Under the pieces are notes generated by a model. It ran no database searches. It had not been told where the DNA came from and worked only from the letters and a program-made list of their open reading frames with translations. A stretch of 64,000 nt of DNA, from positions 1 through 64,000 of the forward strand of contig JBBCKI010000063.1 of assembly GCA_037190965.1 (NCBI GenBank), read 5' to 3'. The position numbers and the translations under genes are program-made. Numbering within the stretch: position 1 is the first letter of the stretch; each line of letters begins with the position of its first letter. This document shows, one piece after another, positions 32,406 to 42,113 of the stretch. The DNA comes from Chthoniobacteraceae bacterium. Lineage in GTDB: Bacteria; Verrucomicrobiota; Verrucomicrobiia; Chthoniobacterales; Chthoniobacteraceae.

Positions 32406-33677
32406 TTAAGGTTTTGGTTCCTTCTTGGGCTCCTTCAGATTCAGCCGGGGTGTGATTGAAATATAACGCTGAAGCCAGCAGACAAAATAGAACTGCCAAA
32501 CCTGAATCCGCAGCCACCAGTTAAGGTCAGTATTCCCCGCGACCAGATTATGAACTCCCCGCTCCATTCCCTTGGGAGGTTTGGGCGTCATGAAGACCTC
32601 AAAGGAATGGTTGTCGTAGAACATCCGGATCATTCGCAGGAAGACCTTGCACATTTTGCCGACCTGCTTGGTGTAAGCACTCTGCTCGCCGAGACTGAGC
32701 CCTCGCCCCTTCTTATCCGCTGCCACGATCTTTTGCGCTGCCAGGTAGCCTGATTTAATCGAAAGCATCACCCCCGAGGAAAAAATGGGATCAATAAATC
32801 CGGCGGCGTCTCCCACCAGAATCCAGCGTTCACCCGCATTGCGGAGGTGACGATAGGTGTAATCTCCCGCGAAGCTGTAGTCGCTTACTCTTTCCGCACC
32901 GCCCATCCGATCCTGCAATTCGGTCGTCGTTGCCACGACATGCTCATAACACTCCGCGGGCGACATCTTGGTCTGCTTGAAATGTTCAAGGGTTTGGACC
33001 AAACCGACAGAAGTTTTTTCCTGATCAAGGGGAATCATCCAGAACCAGCCAAAATCGAGGCGCACAATGGTGATATGCCCATCGTGTGGCGCAGGATTGC
33101 GCTTCACATTCTTGAAATGCGCAAAGGTGGCGAACTTCTTGGGCATCCCCAGATCCGTCTTTTCGAGCCCGAACTGCTTCCCCAGGAAAGCATCACGCCC
33201 CGTGGCATCCACGATCCAGCGCGCAGTCAGTTCCTTCGTTTCGCCAAGGTACTCGCACGTTACGGCGAAATGGTCCTTTCCCTCCTGAACGCAAGTCACC
33301 TTGCATTCCTCCCAGATTTCGCATCCCAGGGAGGCGGAGTGATTGAGAAGCAGGTGATCGAACTTCGACCGTTCCACCTGAAACGTCTGACCATGCTGCG
33401 GCTTCAGATACCGGGCAAAGAGGATCTGGATCTTCGCCATTGCGTTGCCGAGGACAAACTCCGCCCCCAGCTTTGGCATAAAGCCCGCGTTCACCATCTT
33501 GTCCCACACTCCGATCTTCCGAAAAACGTCGTTTCCAAACGGAATCAACGATTCTCCCACATGGAATCGGGGAAACTTCTCCCGCTCCAGAATAAGCACT
33601 TTTTTCCCAGCCTGGGCCAAAGCGCTTCCGGTGGTACTGCCGCCCGGTCCTCCGCCTATGATGATCACGTCGTACAT
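32406..33677 (-). CDS. Flavin-dependent halogenase-like oxidoreductase
   Basis: GGGPGG, FPRFHVGES, FMPKLG, WFWMIP and GDAAGFIDPIFSSG. Confidence 0.85.
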   Translation of the reverse strand: MYDVIIIGGGPGGSTTGSALAQAGKKVLILEREKFPRFHVGESLIPFGNDVFRKIGVWDKMVNAGFMPKLGAEFVLGNAMAKIQILFARYLKPQHGQTFQVERSKFDHLLLNHSASLGCEIWEECKVTCVQEGKDHFAVTCEYLGETKELTARWIVDATGRDAFLGKQFGLEKTDLGMPKKFATFAHFKNVKRNPAPHDGHITIVRLDFGWFWMIPLDQEKTSVGLVQTLEHFKQTKMSPAECYEHVVATTTELQDRMGGAERVSDYSFAGDYTYRHLRNAGERWILVGDAAGFIDPIFSSGVMLSIKSGYLAAQKIVAADKKGRGLSLGEQSAYTKQVGKMCKVFLRMIRMFYDNHSFEVFMTPKPPKGMERGVHNLVAGNTDLNWWLRIQVWQFYFVCWLQRYISITPRLNLKEPKKEPKP

Positions 33678-33852
33678 CGTCGCTCAAATAATCGCTGGAG
33701 GGCCACGATGAGGTTTTCCCTCATTCATGAGGGTCACCGGGAGCAGCCACTCCACAAGGCGAGGGAATCTACCGAAAAGCCACCTGGATCTGTCAATGCG
33801 CATTTCAGCTTTGGGCTGGCCTCCACATCGAATAAATATTGACGTTAACGTA

Positions 33853-33872
33853 TTTTCAGTAAATACTGAAAA
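33853..33872. promoter_or_regulatory. Palindromic operator overlapping the promoter of the GbsR-like gene
   Basis: TTTTCAGTA-AA-TACTGAAAA; TTGACG-N17-AATACT lies 7 nt before the ATG. Confidence 0.7.
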
Positions 33873-33874
33873 CG

Positions 33875-34420
33875 ATGAATCAAAAGCCCACCGACGCCAA
33901 TCAAGCTGATCGCGCTGCGCTTGTGCAGGCTCGCGATGAGTTTGTGACGCAGTGGGGGGCTATCGGGAACGCATGGGGGATCAACCGGACGATGGCTCAG
34001 ATTCATGCCCTGCTCATCACCACTCCCGTCCCGTTAACCACGGACGAGATTATGGAGGATCTCAAAATCAGCCGGGGTAACGCGCATGGTAATCTCCGCG
34101 ATCTCGTCAGTTGGGGGCTTGTCCGGAGCGTGGTGCGAAAAGGCGAACGCAAGGAATACTTCGAGGCCGAAAAGGATGTCTGGAAGATGTTCTGCATCAT
34201 CAGCCGTGAACGCCGCCGCCGGGAATTGAGGCCCGCGATGGGCGTGTTGCAGGAATGTGCGGAGCGGACCAAGAATCTCAAAGGACCTGAGGCCGCCGCC
34301 TTCAACGATCAGATCCGGGCCCTGAGCGATTTTCTCAAAATGGCGGACGATGTCGTTTCAAAAATTTCAGCCTCGCAACAGAGCAGCATCATCCCATGGG
34401 CGATGAAATTTTTGAAATGA
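33875..34420 (+). CDS. GbsR/MarR-family transcriptional regulator
   Basis: FV.QWG..G..WGINRTMAQIHALL, ISRGN, WGLV and GERKEYF. Confidence 0.9.
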   Translation: MNQKPTDANQADRAALVQARDEFVTQWGAIGNAWGINRTMAQIHALLITTPVPLTTDEIMEDLKISRGNAHGNLRDLVSWGLVRSVVRKGERKEYFEAEKDVWKMFCIISRERRRRELRPAMGVLQECAERTKNLKGPEAAAFNDQIRALSDFLKMADDVVSKISASQQSSIIPWAMKFLK

Positions 34421-34451
34421 CCCCGGGTTGGCCCCTTTTTTTGAGCTTAAT

Positions 34452-34469
34452 TTTCAGAAAATACTGAAA
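34452..34469. promoter_or_regulatory. Second copy of the GbsR-like operator
   Basis: TTTCAGAAAATACTGAAA upstream of 34495. Confidence 0.65.
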
Positions 34470-34494
34470 CTACAAAACATACAGAATAAACCAT

Positions 34495-34896
34495 ATGACA
34501 CCCATCGTCTGGACCTATATCACCTACCTGGCCATCAGCATCGGGCTCACTGTCTGGGTTGCAAAAACGCTGCACAAGAATGGCCGGATTTTTCTGGTCG
34601 ACACCTTTCGAGGGAATGAGCCGATGGCCGATTCCATCAATCATCTGTTGGTCGTGGGCTTTTACCTCATCAACATCGGCTACGTCAGCCTGGCCTTGAA
34701 GCACGGTGAAAATGTGAAGGATCTCCAGGGGATCCTGGAAGCCCTCAGCACCAAGGTCGGCGTGGTGCTCCTCGTCCTGGGCGGGATGCACTTCTTCAAC
34801 CTGTTTGTCTTCTCCAAGATGCGCCGTCGGGCCATGATCAATACCGCTCCGCCTCCCATCGCCCCGCAAGGGCGGGTCCAGGTTAATGTCCCATGA
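34495..34896 (+). CDS. Conserved 3-TM membrane protein of unknown function
   Basis: L..NGRIFL..TF....MADSINHLLVVGFYL.N.GY and HFFN; operonic with the next gene. Confidence 0.8.
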   Translation: MTPIVWTYITYLAISIGLTVWVAKTLHKNGRIFLVDTFRGNEPMADSINHLLVVGFYLINIGYVSLALKHGENVKDLQGILEALSTKVGVVLLVLGGMHFFNLFVFSKMRRRAMINTAPPPIAPQGRVQVNVP

Positions 34897-35396
34897 ACCG
34901 GCTCTACGTGCTCTTTGACGCCACCTGCGGGCTTTGCGTGAATTGCAGGAATTGGTTGAGGGAACAACCCGCGTTTGTGGAGTTGACCTTCATCCCCCTG
35001 CAATCACCCGAACTTGAGCACCTCTTTCCCGGGATCGAGGTGTTCAACCCCAAAGATCAATTGCTGGTCATCAGCGATGAAGGCGCGGTCTATCAAGGGC
35101 CTCATGCATGGATCATCTGTCTCTACGCCTTGAAGAACTACCGGGAATGGTCGCAGCGCCTCGCCCAGCCCGCGCTGCTTCCATTCGCCCGGCGGGCGTT
35201 CGAGATGCTTTCGCAAAATCGGCTGTTCCTCTCCCGTTGGTTCGCGCATGAAAGCCCGGAAGCGCTGAGGGATCACCTCGCCGCCCAGCCTGGGCAGGTT
35301 TGCGCTTCCGATGGGGCATGCAGCAGGCCAAATCCGGAACACCGGGCCATTGCCAAAGTAAATATTATGCCGCGACAACTCAACACAAGGCCATGA
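34893..35396 (+). CDS. DCC1-like (DUF393) thiol-disulfide oxidoreductase
   Basis: VLFDATCGLC (DxxCxxC) motif; ATGA overlaps on both sides. Confidence 0.85.
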   Translation: MNRLYVLFDATCGLCVNCRNWLREQPAFVELTFIPLQSPELEHLFPGIEVFNPKDQLLVISDEGAVYQGPHAWIICLYALKNYREWSQRLAQPALLPFARRAFEMLSQNRLFLSRWFAHESPEALRDHLAAQPGQVCASDGACSRPNPEHRAIAKVNIMPRQLNTRP

Positions 35397-36382
35397 AACT
35401 AGTCATCCCGGGCGGTTCGGGCCAGGTAGGGACGCTCCTTGCACGGGCGTTCCACAAAGATGGCCACGAGGTCGTCGTCCTTAGCCGGCAACCAAACGGA
35501 AATGCCCCATGGCGCATCGTTCCATGGGATGCGCGGACGCTCGGAGCCTGGACGACGGAAATCGAAGGAGCCGATGCCGTCATCAACCTCGCTGGCCGTA
35601 GCGTCAACTGTCGCTATACTCCCGCGAACCGCCGGATCATCAAAGAATCCCGCGTGAATGCGACCAGGGTGATCGGGAATGCGATTGCGCGTTCCAACCA
35701 GCCACCGCATGTCTGGCTTCAGGCGAGCACGGCGACTCTCTATGCGCACCGCTATGACAAGGCGAACGACGAAGCCAGAGGCATTCTCGGCGGGGATGAA
35801 CCGGGCGCGCCGGACACCTGGCGCTTCAGCATCGATGTCGCCAAATCGTGGGAAAAAGCGGCGAGCGAGGCCGGTCCCCTACCCCACACACGCACGGTGC
35901 TGATGCGCTCCGCGATTACCATGAGCCCGGACGCTGGAGGGGCGTTCGATCTTTTGCTAAGGCTGGTTAGGTACGGCCTGGGCGGGCGCTCGGGCGATGG
36001 CCGCCAGTACGTTTCCTGGATTCATGAGGAAGACTTCATCCGCGCTGTCTACTGGCTTATCGAAAACGAAGGAGTGGCCGGGCCGGTGAATCTTGCCGCC
36101 CCCGGGCCGCTGCCGAACGCCGACTTCATGCGCGGGCTTCGCGAAGCCTGGGGCATTCGGCTGGGACTGCCCTCGACCGAGTGGATGCTGGAAATCGGCG
36201 CGCGGCTGCTGCAAACGGAAACCGAGTTGATCCTGAAAAGTCGCCGCGTGGTTCCCGGCTTGCTGATGCAACATGGGTTTGACTTCCAATTCCCCACATG
36301 GCCCGTTGCAGCCCGCGATCTCTGCCGCCGCTGGCGCGAGTTGCGCGCGCGATCATTCGCTGCACAAGGTCACGACCGATAG
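35393..36382 (+). CDS. TIGR01777-family NAD-dependent epimerase-like oxidoreductase
   Basis: PGGSGQVG, INLAGRSVNCRY, GDGRQYVSWIH and LILKSRRVVP. Confidence 0.88.
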   Translation: MKLVIPGGSGQVGTLLARAFHKDGHEVVVLSRQPNGNAPWRIVPWDARTLGAWTTEIEGADAVINLAGRSVNCRYTPANRRIIKESRVNATRVIGNAIARSNQPPHVWLQASTATLYAHRYDKANDEARGILGGDEPGAPDTWRFSIDVAKSWEKAASEAGPLPHTRTVLMRSAITMSPDAGGAFDLLLRLVRYGLGGRSGDGRQYVSWIHEEDFIRAVYWLIENEGVAGPVNLAAPGPLPNADFMRGLREAWGIRLGLPSTEWMLEIGARLLQTETELILKSRRVVPGLLMQHGFDFQFPTWPVAARDLCRRWRELRARSFAAQGHDR

Positions 36383-36987
36383 CGAACCAACAGGAAACCA
36401 GAGGCGGGGCTGGAGCCGACATTGGTGATCCTGTGCGGCAGATCGGCGGCGTAGTGGATGGAATCCCCCTTGCGCAGTTGGGTCTCGTGTTCCCCGGAAC
36501 GAACCACGATCGTGCCGCTCACGACGGTCAGGATTTCCTCCGTTCCGCGATAGTGAGGCTCGGAGACCAACTCGCCCTTCGGCTTGAAGGTCAACTCGTA
36601 GAACTCGATCTGCTTTTCGAGATCGAGCGGCGATAGTGTCCGAACGGTGCAACCCGGGTTGGCGGGGAAAAGCGACCGCTCATCGTTCGCGCGGATCGTT
36701 CGCCAGACCCGTGGCGTGGAGGGTTGGCATGGCAGCAGGGTCGTCGGCTCCACCCGCAAGCCGCTCGCGATGCGGAGAAGCACGGCCACGGTCGGGTTCG
36801 TCTTCGATTGCTCAATCTGCGAGAGCATCCCTTTGCTCACCCCGCTGAGCCGGGCGAGGTCGTCGAGCGTGATCCCCTGCCGCATCCGCTCCCCGCGGAT
36901 GATCTGGCCCAGCGGAGAGCCGGGGGCTGGGTTTCCCCCCCCATTTCCCCCATCGGAATTCAATATATTAAATTTTTTATTTGCCAT
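36370..36987 (-). CDS. XRE HTH + cupin transcriptional regulator (PuuR/SutR-like)
   Basis: TLDDLARLSGVSKGMLSQIE...NPT and a C-terminal cupin (EPHY..TEE, GDSIHY.AD.PH). Confidence 0.9.
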   Translation of the reverse strand: MANKKFNILNSDGGNGGGNPAPGSPLGQIIRGERMRQGITLDDLARLSGVSKGMLSQIEQSKTNPTVAVLLRIASGLRVEPTTLLPCQPSTPRVWRTIRANDERSLFPANPGCTVRTLSPLDLEKQIEFYELTFKPKGELVSEPHYRGTEEILTVVSGTIVVRSGEHETQLRKGDSIHYAADLPHRITNVGSSPASGFLLVRYRS

Positions 36988-37016
36988 GACAGGTTCAGTA
37001 TATTAAACAGCAGAGT

Positions 37017-38075
37017 ATGAGCAATTCGCAAATGCGAGCGATCATCAAGGAGACGGCGGCACCGGGGCTCACCCTCACCGAACGCCCGATTCCCACCCCC
37101 GGGCCGGGTCAGGTCCGGATCAAAGTCAAAGTAGTCGGCATCTGCGGGACCGACCTTCATATCTGGCTTTGGGACAAATGGGCGGCGAGCCGCGTCAAGC
37201 CGGGCACCATCGTCGGACATGAATTCATGGGCGTCGTGGACGCGCTGGGCGACGGCGTCACCGGCATTTCCGTCGGCGACCGCGTTTCGGGCGAAGGCCA
37301 TATCGGCTGTGGCCGCTGTTACACCTGTCGCACGGGGAACTCCCATATCTGCGAGCATGTGGACATCATCGGCATCGATGTCAACGGCTGCTTTGCCGAT
37401 TACCTGCTGCTCCCCGCCACCAATGTCTGGCCGCTTTCCGACGACATTCCCGACCACCTCGGGGCGATTCACGACCCGTTTGGCAACGCGATGCATACGG
37501 TGATGAGCGTCCCCGTTTCCGGGAAAACCGTGTTGATCATGGGCTCAGGCATGATCGGGGCAATGGCCGTGGGAATCTGTCGCGCGATCGGCGCTTTCCA
37601 GATCATTGCGGTCGATCCGAACCCGGAGAAACTCAATCTCGCGCGGCAAATGGGAGCGCACCACACGCTTGATCCCCGTTTGCATGACGTTAAAAAAATC
37701 ATCCGTGAATTAACCAAGGGCGAAGGCGTCGACACGCTGCTGGAGATGTCCGGCAACGGAGGGGCGATCCGCTCCGGGCTGGATCTGACGCGCAACGGCG
37801 GTCATGTCGCCCTGTTGGGAATTCCCGCCGAAGAGGTCTCGCTCGATCTCGCCCGCGACATCATCTTCAAAGGGCTGACCGTGCATGGCATCAACGGGCG
37901 GCGCATGTATGAAACCTGGTTCCAGTGTACCGGCTTCCTGCGCAACCGCCTGCTCGACCTCTCGCCGATCATCACGCATCATCTCCCCTTCGAGTCGTTC
38001 GAAAAAGGGTTGGAGTTGATGAAATGTGGCAAGGCGGGGAAAATCGTTCTTTATCTCGACAAAACGGAAGCATGA
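37017..38075 (+). CDS. tdh: L-threonine 3-dehydrogenase
   Basis: GICGTDLHI..WD.WA, GHEF, VSGEGH, Zn-binding cysteines, LEMSG and GINGRRMYETW; coupled to kbl. Confidence 0.93.
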   Translation: MSNSQMRAIIKETAAPGLTLTERPIPTPGPGQVRIKVKVVGICGTDLHIWLWDKWAASRVKPGTIVGHEFMGVVDALGDGVTGISVGDRVSGEGHIGCGRCYTCRTGNSHICEHVDIIGIDVNGCFADYLLLPATNVWPLSDDIPDHLGAIHDPFGNAMHTVMSVPVSGKTVLIMGSGMIGAMAVGICRAIGAFQIIAVDPNPEKLNLARQMGAHHTLDPRLHDVKKIIRELTKGEGVDTLLEMSGNGGAIRSGLDLTRNGGHVALLGIPAEEVSLDLARDIIFKGLTVHGINGRRMYETWFQCTGFLRNRLLDLSPIITHHLPFESFEKGLELMKCGKAGKIVLYLDKTEA

Positions 38076-39253
38076 ACCAGACCTTTCAGGACGACTTGAC
38101 TAGTGAACTCGCGCGCCTACGGCAGGCGGGTACTTACAAGCACTTTCACACCATCGACTCTCCGCAGGGGCCGCTCGTGCAGATGGACGGAAAGGAAGAC
38201 GTCGTCGTCCTCTCTTCCAACAACTACCTCGGCCTGGCAAACAACCCCGAGGTTGTGCAGGCGGGCATTCGCGCGCTGGAGAAGTATGGAGCGGGAACGG
38301 CTTCCGTTCGCTTTATCTGCGGGAAGTTCGGCATCCATCAGGAGCTTGAAGACGAAGTAGCCGCGTTTGTCGGCACGGAGGCTTCCCTCTCCTTCGTCTC
38401 CTGCTGGACTGCGACGGAGGGGCTCTTCCCCACGATTGCGGATGAAAACACCGCCATCTTCTCCGACGAACTCAATCACGCCTGCATCATCGATGCCTGC
38501 CGCCTAGCCAGCAAAGCGAAGCGCACGGTCTACAAACACGCCAATGTCGACGATCTCCGCGCAAAGCTTGAGCTGCATCGGGACACCCATCGCAAGATCG
38601 TCGTGACCGATGGCGTCTTCAGCATGGAAGGCGACCTCGCCCCATTGCCCGACCTCGTCGAGATCTGCCGCGAATACAATGCCATCCTCGTGGTGGACGA
38701 TTCCCACGGCACCGGCGTCGTCGGCAAGACAGGGCGCGGCGTGGCTGAACACTTCGGGTTGCTCAACGAGATCGACATCATCACGGGAACACTAGGCAAA
38801 GCGCTCGGCGGCGCGGCAGGTGGCTTCGTTGCAGGCCCTCGCCCGTTGATTCAATATCTGGAACAGAAAGCGCGCACCCAACTCTTCAGCAACGCGCTCC
38901 CCGCCACCGTCGCGGGAAGCGCCCTCGAAGCATTAAGGCAATTGAAGGTGCATCCCGAATGGGTCGAACGCCTGCATGAGAACACCGCGTGGTTCCGCAA
39001 GGCGCTGCGCGATGCCGGATTTGATCCGCTTGAAGGCGACTCGGCCATCGTGCCCGTCATCATCGGTGAAACGGCAGAGGCCATCCGCGTCAGCGAAGAA
39101 CTTCTCCGCCACGGAATCTTTGTCACCGGCTTCGGCTACCCGGTCGTGCCCGAAGGCAAAGCCCGAATTCGTTTCCAGGTTTCAGCCGCCCACACCCGCG
39201 AGCATCTGGAGAAAGCGCTTGCGGCGCTTAAGGCCGTACGGCCGCAGAAATGA
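38072..39253 (+). CDS. kbl: Glycine C-acetyltransferase (2-amino-3-ketobutyrate CoA ligase)
   Basis: SNNYLGLA, ASVRFICG, DGVFSMEG, DDSH, TLGKALGG and PVVPEGKARIR. Confidence 0.93.
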   Translation: MNQTFQDDLTSELARLRQAGTYKHFHTIDSPQGPLVQMDGKEDVVVLSSNNYLGLANNPEVVQAGIRALEKYGAGTASVRFICGKFGIHQELEDEVAAFVGTEASLSFVSCWTATEGLFPTIADENTAIFSDELNHACIIDACRLASKAKRTVYKHANVDDLRAKLELHRDTHRKIVVTDGVFSMEGDLAPLPDLVEICREYNAILVVDDSHGTGVVGKTGRGVAEHFGLLNEIDIITGTLGKALGGAAGGFVAGPRPLIQYLEQKARTQLFSNALPATVAGSALEALRQLKVHPEWVERLHENTAWFRKALRDAGFDPLEGDSAIVPVIIGETAEAIRVSEELLRHGIFVTGFGYPVVPEGKARIRFQVSAAHTREHLEKALAALKAVRPQK

Positions 39254-39324
39254 CGCCACACGTCCTGCTCCGATTCTCGTTCACTTCTCCAGAGCAGTTC
39301 CAAGTGTCCTGAATCGGAAAAAAC

Positions 39325-39476
39325 CCTCGTTCCCAAACTCCGTTTGGGAACGCCGGTGTCTTCGAAACTCCAGTTTCGCAGCCCTGTCCGTTCGGGCACC
39401 CTGCACGAGACAAGAAGGCTTTCGAATCAGAGATTCGGGGACAATGGCATTACCAATCTGGAGATTGGTAACGAGG
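39325..39476. repeat. Second REP-type palindromic element (CTCGTTCCCAAAC family)
   Basis: CCTCGTTCCCAAACTCCGTTTGGGAACG ... CATTACCAATCTGGAGATTGGTAACGAGG, inverted terminal hairpins. Confidence 0.7.
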
Positions 39477-39535
39477 AAAATGCTCTAGGGTCGTACGACG
39501 CCAAACGCCCTACTCCCATTCTCGTTGACTTCTTC

Positions 39536-41029
39536 ATGGCGCTTCCTAGGTTCCTTGCCGTGAATTCGGCTCATCCCTCCTTCGCGCATTGCGGAATGCA
39601 CCTCGACCTCCGCGTGCAAGCTCTTACCCGCAAGGCACTCTCCACCCTGGCCCGTGAGGTCGCCGCGCTGGGCCTCAACACACTGATGATCGAATGGGAA
39701 GGGACTTACCCGTTTGAAAAGCACCCGCTGATCTCCAACGAGTATGCCTACACACGGGAGGAACTGACTAGCTTCATCAAGGAATGTTCCGAGTGGGGCA
39801 TCGAAGTGATCCCGCTTCAGCAATGTTTCGGGCACGTGGAATACATCCTGGAGCATGCTCCCTACGCTTCCCTGCGCGAAAGCCGGTCGGACATTTGCCA
39901 GATTTGCCCCTGCAAGGGGAAGGAGGCATTGGCTCTTTTTGAAGAGATCTTCCGTGACATTGCGTCCACCCACCCATCGCCGTACATCCACATCGGCGGC
40001 GACGAAACTTATCTCCTCGGTCACTGCCCGGAATGCCGCGCCAAAGCTGAGAAAGAAGGCAAGTCAAAGCTTTACGTCGACTACTTTAAGGAGATCGCCC
40101 GACTCATCGTCAAACTTGGCAAACGCCCTCTTCTCTGGGCCGATATGCTGCTCAAAAACCCCGGAGCCGCCAAGGGAATGCCGAAAGAGTGCGTCTTCGT
40201 CGATTGGAACTATGGCTGGAAGCCGAATCACTTTGGCGATCTCGATGAGCTAAAAGATAAATTTGAATTCTGGGGTGCCCCCGCGCTTCGTTCCCACCCG
40301 GACAACCACTCACTGGCCACCTGGGAAACGCATTTCAATAACCTCCGCGACTTCGTTCCCTTTGCCCGCTCAGCCGGGTATAAAGGATTGATCCTGACCT
40401 CGTGGTCGACCTCGGGCATCTATGGTTACCATTGGGAGATGCCGGGCGACCTGCTGGAACTTCTCCCCATGCGCCGGGTCTATCCTCTCGCGGGCTTTCG
40501 CATTCTGAAAGTCGCGTTTGCCGAGGCAGTCCACCAGCCGGGCTCGTTTGAGCCGGAGGCGTTCGTCACTCGCTATGCACAGGAGACTTTCGGACTCACT
40601 GCAGCAGAAGGCAGCAAACTCTGGAAAGCGCTGACTGCCAATGCCACCGTCGCCACCATCAATGCCGACCTGGACGTCATCGGCAAAGAAACGGCGCAGG
40701 CCAGCCGCACCCTGGCCTCGCTTCAACCACGCCGCAACAAGAGAGAGTTCGAACATCTTCGATTGATCAGCGATTTACGAGACTTTCACGTTCGCTTCCG
40801 CAAAATCGAAGTCCAAGTGCCGGTCGGACGATCGGCTCCCGCCCTTCTCAAGAAGCTTGTCGCGAAGCTGGAAGCCTTGTTGGAAGAAAACAAGGAACTC
40901 AGCCGCCGATATCTCCGTCTCAATAAAGGTGATCTTTATCCGGCTGAACTTCGAGAAGAGCTCCGTTACCGGACACTAAAGCTGACAAAGCTTCACCGTC
41001 GCCTGACACGGGCGGGCCGGGTGGATTGA
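39536..41029 (+). CDS. GH20-family hexosaminidase-like glycoside hydrolase
   Basis: HLDLR, IEWEGTYP, IPLQQCFGHVEY and the catalytic HIGGDE; the longer ORF start runs through a repeat. Confidence 0.85.
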   Translation: MALPRFLAVNSAHPSFAHCGMHLDLRVQALTRKALSTLAREVAALGLNTLMIEWEGTYPFEKHPLISNEYAYTREELTSFIKECSEWGIEVIPLQQCFGHVEYILEHAPYASLRESRSDICQICPCKGKEALALFEEIFRDIASTHPSPYIHIGGDETYLLGHCPECRAKAEKEGKSKLYVDYFKEIARLIVKLGKRPLLWADMLLKNPGAAKGMPKECVFVDWNYGWKPNHFGDLDELKDKFEFWGAPALRSHPDNHSLATWETHFNNLRDFVPFARSAGYKGLILTSWSTSGIYGYHWEMPGDLLELLPMRRVYPLAGFRILKVAFAEAVHQPGSFEPEAFVTRYAQETFGLTAAEGSKLWKALTANATVATINADLDVIGKETAQASRTLASLQPRRNKREFEHLRLISDLRDFHVRFRKIEVQVPVGRSAPALLKKLVAKLEALLEENKELSRRYLRLNKGDLYPAELREELRYRTLKLTKLHRRLTRAGRVD

Positions 41030-42113
41030 GGAGATGGGCATCGAACAGGGGGGCTCCGTCGCCGTCGCTCCATTCACAACCCGAACGTTGGCGGCACGAA
41101 TCGCCAACAGAAGGTAAAGGCTCAACAGTCTCGATGATGTCGCTCCTGGACGCCGTCACGTTGGGCCTTGGCTGGAGCCATTGAGCATCAGGCACACTCC
41201 CCTCCAGCCAGGCAATCAACGCGGAAGGAAAGTTGGCTCCCGCCCTGTGAGAAAATGGGTAGCCTCCGCCAATGCGCGGATTGAGATCGATCACCCAAAG
41301 CTCTCCCCGGGCCAAAAAAACATCGCAATCAAGAATTCCGATGTGACGCAATCCTTCGCCCAATTTCCTGCCAAGCTCTTCAAAACGGCTATCTTCAAGC
41401 GTCGTCGCCCTGTCAGTCATTCCCGCACGCATCCGGTGTTTGCATCTGACGAAGGTGGTAACATAGCGCCCTTCCAGATCATTGACGACGTCGAGGCCAT
41501 ACTCCTGTCCCTCAAGACAATTCTGGATGAGGATGCACTGGTTCCGGTCACCGGGACAGTCTCTTGCCAAGCGCTTCTCGAGTAACCGATAGGCCAAAAC
41601 GAGCTCCGTCACATCATGCACAATCTCACACCCCTGGGAACTGACACCGAAGCGGGGCTTCAGCATGACCGGAAATGTCAAACTCCCGCAAGCAAGGGCT
41701 TCGCGCGCGCTGGGTAGCGTTGAATAGCTCACCGGCGCCAGGATGCCGCGTTGGTTCAAAAATTCTGCGGCGGCAAATTTATCGTAACATGTCTGTACGA
41801 TAGATGGGGACGAAACGAGAATCGTTGTCCCGATCGCACGAAACAATGTTTGCCGCTGACTCAGGATCAGCAACTCCGGCTCAAAGGCAGGAACGAGAAC
41901 TCTTACCTCTTCTTCAATGCAGATCTCTCTTAAGACCTCGGCATAGGAAGGATGGTCACATGGAGGAACCAGACAGGCAATGTCCGCATGTTTCAAAGAG
42001 GGCGAATCCACGCTTGAGTCGCAAACGATCACTTTCCCTTTTCCCTTTAGGGCGGCTTTGAAAAATTCGATAAGATATCCCCGCCGCCCGATACAAGTGA
42101 GCAAAACGTTCAT
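40920..42113 (-). CDS. ATP-grasp protein (short carbamoyl-phosphate-synthase-like family)
   Basis: MNVLLTCIGRR, C.DK, KPRFG..S, EYGLD and IDLNPRIGGGYP; its C-terminal tail overlaps the GH20 gene. Confidence 0.8.
   Translation of the reverse strand: MNVLLTCIGRRGYLIEFFKAALKGKGKVIVCDSSVDSPSLKHADIACLVPPCDHPSYAEVLREICIEEEVRVLVPAFEPELLILSQRQTLFRAIGTTILVSSPSIVQTCYDKFAAAEFLNQRGILAPVSYSTLPSAREALACGSLTFPVMLKPRFGVSSQGCEIVHDVTELVLAYRLLEKRLARDCPGDRNQCILIQNCLEGQEYGLDVVNDLEGRYVTTFVRCKHRMRAGMTDRATTLEDSRFEELGRKLGEGLRHIGILDCDVFLARGELWVIDLNPRIGGGYPFSHRAGANFPSALIAWLEGSVPDAQWLQPRPNVTASRSDIIETVEPLPSVGDSCRQRSGCEWSDGDGAPLFDAHLLNPPGPPVSGDGEALSALVSGNGALLEVQPDKDHLY

Noticed and set aside
39344..39535. N-terminal extension of the GH20 ORF (and similarly 21519-21653 of the Deg protease)
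   Set aside because: These extensions translate through REP-type repeats
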